This document shows positions 51,129-60,697 of a stretch of DNA of 64,000 nt, in pieces. Source of the stretch: Candidatus Gottesmanbacteria bacterium (GTDB lineage Bacteria > Patescibacteriota > Microgenomatia > UBA10105 > UBA927); contig JACREN010000002.1 in assembly GCA_016218255.1 (NCBI GenBank), positions 4,029 to 68,028 of the forward strand, in the 5' to 3' direction. A program made the translations under genes and the position numbers. The notes beneath the pieces are model-generated. The model searched no databases. It was not told where the DNA came from and saw only the letters and a list, made by a program, of their open reading frames with translations. Every line of letters begins with the position of its first letter. Within the stretch, counting starts at the first letter, position 1.

Positions 51129-51746
51129 TTATTCCAGTACGACAATCTGCATCTCTTCGGGAATTTTCTCTTTGGTGACCACAAGCTTTGGCTGGGGCAG
51201 CACTGATTCTTTCCCCATCTCCTTTAAAAAAGCTTCCACTTGAGCGAGGTCTCCCAATATTTTTTGATTTAATTCCGGTCGTCCATAATGCATGGGTATG
51301 ACGATGGACGGCTCTACTTCGTGAATGATCTGGGAAGCAGCTGCCGCGTCCACAGTAGAGACACCACCCACCGGAATCATAAGAATATCAACACCATTCA
51401 GGCTGTCCACCTGAGCCGAAGTCAATACGTGTCCGATATCACCCAAATGCACCACGCTGATTCCGTCTATCTCAATACGGTACATCGTGTTTTTGTCGAC
51501 GGAAAAACCGACAATACCAACCCCTTTGACCTCATATTCTCCAGGGCCGTCTACTATATAGAATTCACCCTCCAACTCTTGCGTGGCGCTATGATCTCGT
51601 TGATCATGGGAAATCGTCACGATATCCGCAGTTATATGCTTTGGAAATTTAAGTCCTACGGCCGAAGAATCAAAGGGGTCTGTCACCACCGTCGCCGCTT
51701 TTCCGCGTAGTCTGAAAGAAGAATGACCTAAATACGTAATATCCAT
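51129..51746 (-). CDS. MBL-fold metallo-hydrolase
   Basis: MDITYLGHSSFRL...ISHDQRDH (HxHxDH-like) beta-lactamase fold pattern. Confidence 0.7.
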   Translation of the reverse strand: MDITYLGHSSFRLRGKAATVVTDPFDSSAVGLKFPKHITADIVTISHDQRDHSATQELEGEFYIVDGPGEYEVKGVGIVGFSVDKNTMYRIEIDGISVVHLGDIGHVLTSAQVDSLNGVDILMIPVGGVSTVDAAAASQIIHEVEPSIVIPMHYGRPELNQKILGDLAQVEAFLKEMGKESVLPQPKLVVTKEKIPEEMQIVVLE

Positions 51747-51943
51747 ATATACTGTACTTGCCCCTCACCAGAACTCGTTCGATGCGGGACTGCGCCTACC
51801 TTCATACTATCATCGATCTGTACGTTTGCCAATTAAGCAATGCAGAAATTCGATCACTGTACGGGGCTTGCATTTTATAGCAGATTTCAGTATTCTAAGC
51901 AACACGGACTTTTCCTCTGCCTCAAGAATCTTCTACTAAAAAT

Positions 51944-52384
51944 ATGAATAGAGACGCACTACTTGCAACACTCATAGGATTAGGCGTCGGCCTGGTGATA
52001 ACTGGGTTGCTCTTGGTGGGCCCCACCCTCGTAAAATCCATCTCGCTCCCGAAGTTCTCCTTTTCTTTCCCATCTGCCAAACAAAATCCGTCGACGTCAC
52101 CCACTCCAGCACCCACAGAATTTTTTGTTTCCATTGACAGCCCGCTTGCTGAGGACATCGCGGCCAATGATGAACTCCTGGTTTCCGGTAAAACACTCGA
52201 AGGAACGATCGTGACAGTGCAAGGACCCAAAGACGAAGACGTCGTAACGGCAAAAACCGATGGAGCCTACGCGGGAAAAGTCATGCTCATAGAAGGGAAA
52301 AATGATATTACCGTCACAGCGTACAAAGACGGCAAACAGATGAGTCAGACGGTGACAGTCTACTTTACGCCGGAGGAAATATAA
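51944..52384 (+). CDS. hypothetical membrane-anchored extracytoplasmic protein
   Basis: N-terminal TM anchor then beta-rich 100 aa; no motif. Confidence 0.45.
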   Translation: MNRDALLATLIGLGVGLVITGLLLVGPTLVKSISLPKFSFSFPSAKQNPSTSPTPAPTEFFVSIDSPLAEDIAANDELLVSGKTLEGTIVTVQGPKDEDVVTAKTDGAYAGKVMLIEGKNDITVTAYKDGKQMSQTVTVYFTPEEI

Positions 52385-53109
52385 TGAAAAAATATATGCT
52401 TTTTTCCCTGTTTTCACTGTTCTTTCTTTTTCCCTTTGCCGTGGCCCAAGCATCCTCTGAAGCAACGCCATCGACAAATCAGAAACAATTAAATGACCTC
52501 AAAGACCGGCTTGCGACCAAAGTCGCTGAACTTCGACAACTACAGCGGAAAGCAATTTCTGGAACAGTCAAAACGGTATCCGCATCAACCGCGACCATCG
52601 AGACAGCCACCAAAGACATAAAAATCGAACTACTCGATGATATCGCAATCGCACAGGTGATAAAAGGAACACGGACGAAACTGACCATCGATAAACTGGA
52701 AAAAGGAGACCAAGTCGTTGTATTCGGGGAATTTGATGCAACCCTTGATCTGTTGCGCGCCAAAGCTATATTCATCGAGTCTGCTCTCCCCCAACGAATT
52801 GCGGGCACAGTCGTTGAGACAAAAAAAACAGACTACACCATAACCGTAAAAACGCCGGAAGGCAAACAGTATACCGTTGATATTGAAACCATAACAAAAA
52901 TATCGGCGTGGACTTCTGATAAAGGTATGACAAAAGCAGGTTTTTCTAAATTAACCTCTGGGGACAGCGTCCATGTCATAGGCACTCCTGTGGCAAAAAA
53001 AGAAGACCGCTTGAGTGCGCTTCGGATATTGGATCTTGGCAATCTAACAGGAAGACCAATACCGACCGAACAAGTCACCCAAAAATCCGCTACAACTCCT
53101 AGCCAATAA
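52384..53109 (+). CDS. hypothetical secreted protein
   Basis: Signal peptide MKKYMLFSLFSLFFLFPFAVAQA|SS; repeat-like beta-rich body; overlaps upstream gene (ATAATG). Confidence 0.5.
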   Translation: MKKYMLFSLFSLFFLFPFAVAQASSEATPSTNQKQLNDLKDRLATKVAELRQLQRKAISGTVKTVSASTATIETATKDIKIELLDDIAIAQVIKGTRTKLTIDKLEKGDQVVVFGEFDATLDLLRAKAIFIESALPQRIAGTVVETKKTDYTITVKTPEGKQYTVDIETITKISAWTSDKGMTKAGFSKLTSGDSVHVIGTPVAKKEDRLSALRILDLGNLTGRPIPTEQVTQKSATTPSQ

Positions 53110-53133
53110 CGTCTTTTCAGAAGATATGTCATC

Positions 53134-53526
53134 ATGTTACCATATGACTATATGAAACAATCGGTCAAACATATAAAAAAACTACGGCCCTACCCGTCTC
53201 CTGCAATGAAGGAATTATTTAATGCAGCCCTACTCCTTCGAACACCACGCGAGGCATCTGATTTTTTTCGGGATTTACTGACGATCGCAGAATTAACCGA
53301 ATTTGCGAGCCGGTGGCAGATAGTCAAACGACTCAACAAAGGAGAATCCTACCTGAAAATTGCCACGGAATTAAATGTCTCAACAACCACCGTCACCCGC
53401 GTTGCCCAGTGGCTTCATGAAGGAATGGGAGGCTACCGCACGATTGCTACCCGTGCATTCGGCAAAAATCCCGACTACCAGCCGGAAAAACCACTCATCC
53501 CCCGCGGGAAACGCTGGGTGCGATAA
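53134..53526 (+). CDS. TrpR-related YerC/YecD-family HTH protein
   Basis: DLLTIAELTEFASRWQIVKRLNKGESYLKIATELNVSTTTVTRVAQWL matches the YerC/YecD (Trp-repressor-like) helix-turn-helix core. Confidence 0.65.
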   Translation: MLPYDYMKQSVKHIKKLRPYPSPAMKELFNAALLLRTPREASDFFRDLLTIAELTEFASRWQIVKRLNKGESYLKIATELNVSTTTVTRVAQWLHEGMGGYRTIATRAFGKNPDYQPEKPLIPRGKRWVR

Positions 53527-53609
53527 CGCCTCGCTTATTGCTCAGGATTCCCAAATTAACTCTCCCAAAAAAACAAAAGAATAACTCTTTTTCATTACGC
53601 CTTTACCAC

Positions 53610-53638
53610 TTGACACCATTTTTATAATATTGTAATAT
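53610..53638 (+). promoter_or_regulatory. sigma-70-like promoter (TTGACA-17bp-TAATAT) for the 53890 operon
   Basis: Perfect -35 TTGACA 53610-53615, 17-bp spacer, -10 TAATAT 53633-53638. Confidence 0.45.
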
Positions 53639-53639
53639 A

Positions 53640-53667
53640 TTAACGTGTTAACATGGTAACACGTTAA
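53640..53667 (+). promoter_or_regulatory. near-perfect 28-bp palindrome (operator-like) immediately downstream of the -10
   Basis: TTAACGTGTTA-ACATGG-TAACACGTTAA: 11-bp inverted arms, 26/28 self-complementary; contains TGTTAACAT core. Confidence 0.45.
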
Positions 53668-53889
53668 TACACTGATATATGAGCCCCTTCATCACTGTTT
53701 TTGCTGTTATAAATAAATATCTTCGACCAGAAATAAATACTGGCGTTTCTTCGCGCGTTTCCCCAGTTTTCCATCACCACCTCACCCGCTAATCTGCGCG
53801 CGGTCGAGGCGAGATTTCATATTTTTTCCACCTTCTCTTCTTAACCGTACGTAGATACCGTTTCTACGCACAAAAGGGGGGTGAAAAAT

Positions 53890-54915
53890 ATGAAGCTCGA
53901 ATTTACTAGAATGAATAACATAGATGGAGATCCGCTTTTGATACGCGGCAGTGAAGCGGCGCTTGCATCAGGCGGTGCATATATCGTCACACAGGATACC
54001 GAACGCCTCCTCCTGCGACTGGGTGTTATCTTACCCGATCGCGACATCCAGACATTTAATACCGCAGTACTGCAGACGCTTTCGCCTGTATTTAATGTTG
54101 TTATGACGGACGAAAACCGCTTTTATAATCGGCTCGGCACTGCGTTTGTTTATGCCTGTATCAGGGCGAAATCCGAAAACGCTGAAGTCATACTTCTTGA
54201 CCGATTTATTAGCGCGCCGGGTCTACCGCCAGATGAATTTTCAACCCTTAGTATCGGACGCGTAACGACACCTATCGGAGAAATACTTGGGCCGCGCCCC
54301 GGCGATCCGGATATAGATGAGCAGCTTGCCATCATAGATGCAAAGATGAGACAAAAGGGAACAAATAAAATCATACTCGTAGACGACGGCCTTTCTACCG
54401 TTGATGCCCTTGAGCCATATGAGGAAATCGCCAACACCCAAGGGTGGCAAATCGTAGATATGACATTGGGAGTATTACCGTCTGCTGGCAACGGCGACGA
54501 GTGGAACACAAAAGCCGCTGCAATGATAATTACCGGCAGATCGCCTGTCTGCGTACTACCAGTAACGTCTCCTCTCGATTGGATTTGCCAACGTGATTTT
54601 ACTCTTTTTGGCGGAAAAACGGTTGCAATGGACGGCGTCGGGTACCCATTGACTGCTCCGTACTTTAGCCCCTTTACCGGAGGACAAAGTGCGAGCATAC
54701 CGACCGGACGACTGAATGAGGTAAGTCAAAAAATCCTGCTTGCCAATCAAGCCATGATTAGAGCAATCGATCGTCAAATCGGACAACCATTGACGTTTAC
54801 TGACGTGTTAAATGCCGGCTATGGGCTACCCGTAAGTTTATTAGGCAAACTTCCGATACCTTCGCCGGAAGATAGTGTAACTGAATATATAGGTACCGCG
54901 TTGGCATGCATATGA
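53890..54915 (+). CDS. hypothetical protein with PRTase-like nucleotide-binding motif
   Basis: 341 aa; KIILVDDGLSTVDAL resembles type I phosphoribosyltransferase PRPP-binding loop (hydrophobic4-DD-x3-T); SD AAGGGGGG upstream of ATG at 53890; stop overlaps next start. Confidence 0.45.
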   Translation: MKLEFTRMNNIDGDPLLIRGSEAALASGGAYIVTQDTERLLLRLGVILPDRDIQTFNTAVLQTLSPVFNVVMTDENRFYNRLGTAFVYACIRAKSENAEVILLDRFISAPGLPPDEFSTLSIGRVTTPIGEILGPRPGDPDIDEQLAIIDAKMRQKGTNKIILVDDGLSTVDALEPYEEIANTQGWQIVDMTLGVLPSAGNGDEWNTKAAAMIITGRSPVCVLPVTSPLDWICQRDFTLFGGKTVAMDGVGYPLTAPYFSPFTGGQSASIPTGRLNEVSQKILLANQAMIRAIDRQIGQPLTFTDVLNAGYGLPVSLLGKLPIPSPEDSVTEYIGTALACI

Positions 54916-55676
54916 AAGAAATGGAATCGATACCATCGCTGTGGTACCAATCAGATCCGCGGCGGCTCGACCAGACAAACATACCTCTTGGATGGGTACG
55001 TGAGGTCGTGCCGCTGCGGGCATACGCCCAAAACCTGTTCGCCATTGTCGGCACTTCAGGATGCGGCCGGGACACGCTCATTGACGCCATGATGGTTCTC
55101 TCTCCCACACTGGCCCGTGTGCGGCGGACGACGACCCGGCCCTCTCGATATCCCAACGAATCCGTCCGTATTCTCTCCCTGTCTGAGTCATCGTTTACCG
55201 CAATACAGCAAAATCAAAAAATATTGTGTCCGTACCGGTATCCTCCAAATGGAAAATGGTACGGCATTTCACAGGATGAATTGAAAATAATAAAACAGGG
55301 ACCGGCGATCCTCGAAGGAACCGCAGAAATTCTTCCGCTTAAAATGCTGCTTCCGGAAAGCACCGCAGTCATCATTGTCCCGCGGTCATTCAATCAATTA
55401 GAACAGCAGCTCATAGGCCGCGACGGCGAAACTGCGGAGACACTCAAGCGCGTCGAGCGATCAAAACGGGAGCTTACCATCCTATTGACACGCTTACCCC
55501 GACTGATTGAGACAAACGCAATCAATGGCATAGTGATAAACGATGATACACCCGCAAATGTTGGCTCGCGTACGCTTATGCAAATGCAAGGCAATATGTG
55601 GCCAACCGCGATACCACAAAAATTACAGACGGATATTACAGACTATTTATCACAATGGAATTGTACTAGCGTATGA
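54906..55676 (+). CDS. guanylate kinase/PhnN-fold P-loop kinase with atypical Walker A (GTSGCGRDT)
   Basis: Aligns along full length with Gmk: LFAIVGTSGCGRDTLIDAM ~ LYIVSAPSGAGKSSLIQAL; RRTTTRPSRYPNE ~ HTTRQPRPGE; NGIVINDD ~ YLIVNDD; Lys-to-Arg and Ser-to-Asp in P-loop (PhnN has GKDS). Confidence 0.6.
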   Translation: MHMKEMESIPSLWYQSDPRRLDQTNIPLGWVREVVPLRAYAQNLFAIVGTSGCGRDTLIDAMMVLSPTLARVRRTTTRPSRYPNESVRILSLSESSFTAIQQNQKILCPYRYPPNGKWYGISQDELKIIKQGPAILEGTAEILPLKMLLPESTAVIIVPRSFNQLEQQLIGRDGETAETLKRVERSKRELTILLTRLPRLIETNAINGIVINDDTPANVGSRTLMQMQGNMWPTAIPQKLQTDITDYLSQWNCTSV

Positions 55677-56611
55677 AACCTATCCTGTACATAGACACCG
55701 ATGCTGGAGTTGACGATATCGTTGCGATTTGTATGATCATCGCCGCTGATACATTTGATGTACGGGGTATAAGTATCGTAAACGGGGTGGCTTCGGTATC
55801 CCGCGGCATACGGAATCTTTCCCGCATTCTGCCGACCATAACACAATCAATAATTCCACTATATAGTGGGATAAATCAAACCAGCCAAAACTCAAGCGTT
55901 CAATTTCCCCCAATCGACCGAATTCGTGCTGAATCTTTTGCGCTATTCCCCGGCATATCCTTCCCTCCCTCATCTGGCAAATTCGGAAATATAAAAGACC
56001 TGCAAAAAAGCATCGCAGCACAAAATGAGTCGGTTACTTTTCTTTGTCTGGGGCCGCTGAGCAATATTGCGTATTTGCTACAAAACACCAGCATCCGTAC
56101 GGTTGTCCGAGAATTGGTTATCATGGGTGGCGCAGTCAATGTGCCCGGCATCGTGCCACCCCGTAATATCTCGGAGTATAATTTCAGGCTGGATGCTGTT
56201 GCTGCAAACATGATTCTCCGATCATCAATTCCCAAAAGACTTATTCCCATCGATGCAACGAAAAAAGTACCTGCAACTATGGCCTCTGCGTCTAAAACCA
56301 TGCAGTCTACCGTGCAAATGTTTTTCAACGATGTATCTGCCGCCCAACCGCTATCCAATGCTGGCAAAATTATCCGTTCCATAATACTGAATAACACGGG
56401 CGATTTTCAAAACTTCTACGACCCGCTTGCAGCAGCCACCCTGCTCAGTCGCACTATAACGTGCCAATGGCACCCGTATAATCTTTCTGTATCGACAAAA
56501 GGATATTGTAAAGGGAAAGTGCTCGTTGGAAAAAACAAAAATACAACACAGGTCCCTGAAACCATCAATGCAGGGGCGTTTTATTCACTCATGATACAAT
56601 CACTGCAATGA
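55673..56611 (+). CDS. inosine-uridine-preferring nucleoside hydrolase family protein
   Basis: N-terminal Ca-binding aspartate cluster ILYIDTDAGVDDIVAI (DTDPGxDD signature); 312 aa. Confidence 0.75.
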   Translation: MKPILYIDTDAGVDDIVAICMIIAADTFDVRGISIVNGVASVSRGIRNLSRILPTITQSIIPLYSGINQTSQNSSVQFPPIDRIRAESFALFPGISFPPSSGKFGNIKDLQKSIAAQNESVTFLCLGPLSNIAYLLQNTSIRTVVRELVIMGGAVNVPGIVPPRNISEYNFRLDAVAANMILRSSIPKRLIPIDATKKVPATMASASKTMQSTVQMFFNDVSAAQPLSNAGKIIRSIILNNTGDFQNFYDPLAAATLLSRTITCQWHPYNLSVSTKGYCKGKVLVGKNKNTTQVPETINAGAFYSLMIQSLQ

Positions 56612-57744
56612 TACGAAAAACAACAGCTGCAACCGCACTTTTGATCACCAACCCTACAAATATACGGTATCTCACCGGATTTACGGGCGCAGCTCCCGAG
56701 GAACGGGAGGCGTATGTCTTGTTGACTCAAAAAACGCCCTATTTGTTTACAAGCGCGCTATACCGTGAGTCAACAAAAAATCTCAAATCACAAATCCCAA
56801 TGACCAAACAGGATACGATAACGACTGTTGAAATTTCACGCGAAGATCCCTTTACGAAAAAACTTACTGAAATTCTCAAAAAAAATGCGTGCGTTCGCTT
56901 AGAATTTGAGGAGAACAACCTCACCGTAGCAGAACTTGGAAAGCTGAAAAAGGAACTTAAGGGAATCACTCTCATCCCAACACAAAACAAAATCGAAGAA
57001 CTGCGGGTGATCAAAAAAGATGATGAAATTACCAACATCCGTGCCGCAGCAACATGCACGGATCGATGCTTTGATTATATCCTCGGCAAACTCAAACCAG
57101 GAATTTCAGAAAGACAAATCGCGTGGGAAATCGAATCATACATCAGAAAAAACGGCGCGTCTCTCGCCTTCTCGCCTATCGTCGCGTTTGGAAGGAATCC
57201 TTCCATGCCTCATTATCAACCAAAAGACAGATGCAAGCTGACCGCTAACAACTTAATTCTTCTGGACTTTGGCGCGCGCGTCAACGGCTACTGCAGCGAT
57301 ATGACGCGGGTGGTATTTACGGGCAAACCAAAAAACGAATGGCTGCATGCTTACAATACAGTTTTTGAGGCCCAATCCGCTGCAATCAAATACCTGCAAG
57401 CTCAAGGGCGAACCTTAAATCCACAACTCTTAGGCACCAAAGCAGATCAAATCGCGAGGGATGTTATTGAGCGCGCTGGTTTCCCTACCTATCCCCACTC
57501 TCTCGGCCATGGCGTAGGACTGGACATACACGAAATTCCCCGCCTCATATCCCAGAAGGATCGCATCCTTCCAAAAACTCAACCACAGAAGGATGCGATC
57601 CTTCTATCTGGCATAGTGCTCACTGTCGAGCCAGGTATATATATGGAAGGCTCCTATGGCATCCGGATTGAAGATTTGGTACTCTTAAAACAAGATGGCA
57701 TTGAACTGCTTTCCAAAAGTCCAAAAAACATCATCATTCTATAA
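56608..57744 (+). CDS. M24B Xaa-Pro aminopeptidase
   Basis: HSLGHGVGLDIHEIP metal-ligand motif; creatinase-like N-domain. Confidence 0.85.
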   Translation: MIRKTTAATALLITNPTNIRYLTGFTGAAPEEREAYVLLTQKTPYLFTSALYRESTKNLKSQIPMTKQDTITTVEISREDPFTKKLTEILKKNACVRLEFEENNLTVAELGKLKKELKGITLIPTQNKIEELRVIKKDDEITNIRAAATCTDRCFDYILGKLKPGISERQIAWEIESYIRKNGASLAFSPIVAFGRNPSMPHYQPKDRCKLTANNLILLDFGARVNGYCSDMTRVVFTGKPKNEWLHAYNTVFEAQSAAIKYLQAQGRTLNPQLLGTKADQIARDVIERAGFPTYPHSLGHGVGLDIHEIPRLISQKDRILPKTQPQKDAILLSGIVLTVEPGIYMEGSYGIRIEDLVLLKQDGIELLSKSPKNIIIL

Positions 57745-57773
57745 AAATTGTTCTTTCGTAAGTAGCATATATA

Positions 57774-57793
57774 TTAATATGTTAACATATTAA
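57774..57793 (+). promoter_or_regulatory. perfect 20-bp palindrome TTAATATGTTAACATATTAA upstream of VOC-hisS operon
   Basis: Exact self-complement; shares TTAA..TGTTAACAT core with the 53640 operator-like site. Confidence 0.4.
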
Positions 57794-57815
57794 TATATTA
57801 CCATATACAACGAAT

Positions 57816-58208
57816 ATGAATACCTCTCTGGAGTGGGTCATCTTGATAACTGAACAGTACACTGCAATGAAAGCGTTTTATGAAAAAACGCTTGGCTTGC
57901 CTATCAAACGGGATGTTCCCGGAGAAGAATTTACGCAGTTTACATTACAAAATTGTAATATAGCGATATACGGAAAACGATACGCGGAAACGTTAGTTGG
58001 CAAAGACAAAATAGGAACTCCCGGCAGAGCCATATATAGCTTTGCCGCATCGGACGATATCGATCTTCTCTATCAACAATTAAAAGCGAAAGGTGTACAA
58101 TTTATAAAAGAGCCAGAAACCCAACCATGGGGACAGCGGACAGCATACTTTACCGACCCTGACGGAAATATCTGGGAAATACAGCAGTGGATATCTAAAC
58201 CAGCATGA
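57816..58208 (+). CDS. VOC (glyoxalase/bleomycin-resistance) family protein
   Basis: 130-aa beta-alpha-beta-beta-beta fold pattern; C-terminal YFTDPDGNIWEI. Confidence 0.7.
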   Translation: MNTSLEWVILITEQYTAMKAFYEKTLGLPIKRDVPGEEFTQFTLQNCNIAIYGKRYAETLVGKDKIGTPGRAIYSFAASDDIDLLYQQLKAKGVQFIKEPETQPWGQRTAYFTDPDGNIWEIQQWISKPA

Positions 58209-59416
58209 ACACTATTCAGACATTAAAAGGTTTTCGTGATTTTCTACCGAGGGATGCTGCACTTCGCAATTTCCTGAAAAATAAAATGGCGGAAATCACC
58301 TCCTCATGGGGATACGAACCGATTGAAACACCGACACTCGAACCGCTGGAACTTTTTGCCGGAGAAATCGGCGAAGACGAAAAATTATTTTTCTCTTTTG
58401 AAGATCAGGGCGGAAGAAAGGTCGCACTCCGATATGACCAAACCGTGCCAACATGCCGCGTGATCGGCGAATATGCCAATGAGCTGGTCTTTCCGTTTCG
58501 GAGATACCAAGTGCAGTCTGTATTCCGCGCTGAAAAACCGCAGCGGGGAAGATACCGCGAATTTACACAATTTGACATTGACATCTTCGGCATTGCCTCC
58601 CCTGATGCTGACGCAGAAGCCATAGCAGTAACACTGGATGTGTATACAAAACTTGGATTTCATGACGTTTGTGTGATCGTCAACAACCGGGATTTATTAA
58701 AAGCGCTCCCGTATGAAGCGCTCGTGGCGATTGATAAGGTAAAAAAAATTGGCGAGGATGGCGTCATCAACGATATGATAGCCAAAGGCATACCAGAAGA
58801 AAAAGCACAGGAATATTTGAAATACATCAAGACTGTAAAACCGGATCGAACCATACAAACCATTTTTGGATATTTAGCGAATGCCGGCTTCAAAGACAGC
58901 GCATACCGCTTTGAACCCACACTTGCCCGCTCATTCTCCTACTCTCAAGGGCCAATCTGGGAAGTCGTACTGCCGGGCTACAGCGCAGGATCTGTGGGTG
59001 GCGGCGAACGCTATGACGGAATGATGAAACGCATAACCGGCAAAGACATCCCCGCCACGGGCATCGCATTCGGATTTGATCGGACGATGGAAGCGCTTAT
59101 TGAATACAATCTGGCACCAGTAAATCGCCAAACCACGCAAGTGCTCGTCAGTGTATTTTCCGAAAATGTATGGGAACAAGCAATCAAAATAAGTTCCGAA
59201 ATCCGATCAGCCCAAATACCCACGGAACTGTTCCCGGATCCCAGGGCAAAGCTAGAGAGGCAGCTTAAATACGCCGACCGGAAAGGCATTCCCTACGTCA
59301 TTATCCAGGGGCCGGAAGAAACGAAAAAAGGAGTCGTCAAACTCAAAGATATGAAAAACCAGTCACAGGAGGAATTAACCGTCGAAGAAATTATTACCAA
59401 ACTGAAAGCAAACTGA
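58205..59416 (+). CDS. hisS: histidine--tRNA ligase
   Basis: N-terminal TLKGFRDFLP; class II motif 3 GGGERYDGMM; anticodon-binding C-domain. Confidence 0.9.
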   Translation: MNTIQTLKGFRDFLPRDAALRNFLKNKMAEITSSWGYEPIETPTLEPLELFAGEIGEDEKLFFSFEDQGGRKVALRYDQTVPTCRVIGEYANELVFPFRRYQVQSVFRAEKPQRGRYREFTQFDIDIFGIASPDADAEAIAVTLDVYTKLGFHDVCVIVNNRDLLKALPYEALVAIDKVKKIGEDGVINDMIAKGIPEEKAQEYLKYIKTVKPDRTIQTIFGYLANAGFKDSAYRFEPTLARSFSYSQGPIWEVVLPGYSAGSVGGGERYDGMMKRITGKDIPATGIAFGFDRTMEALIEYNLAPVNRQTTQVLVSVFSENVWEQAIKISSEIRSAQIPTELFPDPRAKLERQLKYADRKGIPYVIIQGPEETKKGVVKLKDMKNQSQEELTVEEIITKLKAN

Positions 59417-59423
59417 TCGCACT

Positions 59424-60392
59424 ATGTCCCCTCGTCTGTCTGCTTATCTCATGCTTCTCATTGTTTCCGTCATCTGGGGGGTCGCAGGACCGGTCATCAA
59501 ATTTACGCTTCACGATTTTCCGCCGCTTATCTTTCTCTCGTACCGGTTTGCCATAAGCGGGGTCATTGCCCTCGTCTATTTTGCCACGACCAAAACGCGC
59601 TTCCCGTCTAAACCAAAAGATATTGGTCTGGCAACGATATATAGTATATTTGCCGTCACATTGGCACTGGGACTTCTCTTTTTTGGTTTTGACAAAACAA
59701 CCTCACTCACCGGCACTCTACTCTCTGCCATGGCGCCCATAATCGTCGTCGCCGCCGGAGCTATTTTTCTCAAAGAACACGTCACGAAAATCGAACGTGC
59801 AGGCATAACTATAGCATTTGCCGGCACACTCATAACCGTCGCAGGGCCCCTCTTTAGCGGATCATCAGGATCCGTGCTGGGATCGCTCGAGGGAAACGGC
59901 CTTATCATTCTCTCCATTTTTGTCGATGCCGTGGCGACATTAGCTGCAAAAGTCATGGTCCGAGACCGATTTTCACCCACCACTCTGACGCATTTTTCTT
60001 TTATTATCGGGTTTGTCAGCATCTTTCCGTTTGCCCTTATGTCCCACTCTTGGCCAGCAATTCTTCAGACTATTCAAAAAGCGCCTATTACCGCCCATTC
60101 TGGAATCTGGTTTATGGCAATAGCATCCGGCACACTGGCATATTCGCTCAGAAACCGAGCACTCAAAACCATAGAGATGGGAGAAACTACGGTATTTTCC
60201 TATCTCTACCCCATCTGGGCCGCACCGCTTTCAATTTTTTGGCTTGGGGAAAAACTCACGGTTCCGTTTATCGTGGGTGCCTGCATAATCGCCGCAGGCG
60301 TATACATAGCCGAAAACAAACGACGCCATAAACACAGTCCGAAGCGCGCCGTCTTCCATGCACGGCGAAGATATGGTAAAATACACACATGA
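59424..60392 (+). CDS. DMT-superfamily (EamA-like) transporter
   Basis: 10 TM helices in two EamA-like halves. Confidence 0.7.
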   Translation: MSPRLSAYLMLLIVSVIWGVAGPVIKFTLHDFPPLIFLSYRFAISGVIALVYFATTKTRFPSKPKDIGLATIYSIFAVTLALGLLFFGFDKTTSLTGTLLSAMAPIIVVAAGAIFLKEHVTKIERAGITIAFAGTLITVAGPLFSGSSGSVLGSLEGNGLIILSIFVDAVATLAAKVMVRDRFSPTTLTHFSFIIGFVSIFPFALMSHSWPAILQTIQKAPITAHSGIWFMAIASGTLAYSLRNRALKTIEMGETTVFSYLYPIWAAPLSIFWLGEKLTVPFIVGACIIAAGVYIAENKRRHKHSPKRAVFHARRRYGKIHT

Positions 60393-60697
60393 AACAAGGC
60401 ATTCATCCCCAGTGGTATCCTGGTGCAACAGTTGTCTGCGCATGCGGCAACAGCTTCACAATCGGCGCAACCAAGCAGGAACTCCGCGTGGAAATCTGTT
60501 CCAAATGCCATCCTTTCTTTACCGGTGAAATGAAATTTGTCGATACACTGGGCCGCGTTGAACGCTTCCAGCAAAAGCAAAAAGCTGCAGTGTCCACCGC
60601 CTCCGCACTGGCTGCAAAGAAAAAGAAAAAAGCCGAACGGGAAGAACAACGCCGATCTCCGAAATCCCTCAAAGACATGTTAATGGGACTTAAATGA
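60389..60697 (+). CDS. rpmE: 50S ribosomal protein L31 with extended Lys-rich C-terminal tail
   Basis: [23 protein letters not shown]...[10 protein letters not shown]; 102 aa (typical about 70). Confidence 0.85.
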   Translation: MKQGIHPQWYPGATVVCACGNSFTIGATKQELRVEICSKCHPFFTGEMKFVDTLGRVERFQQKQKAAVSTASALAAKKKKKAEREEQRRSPKSLKDMLMGLK

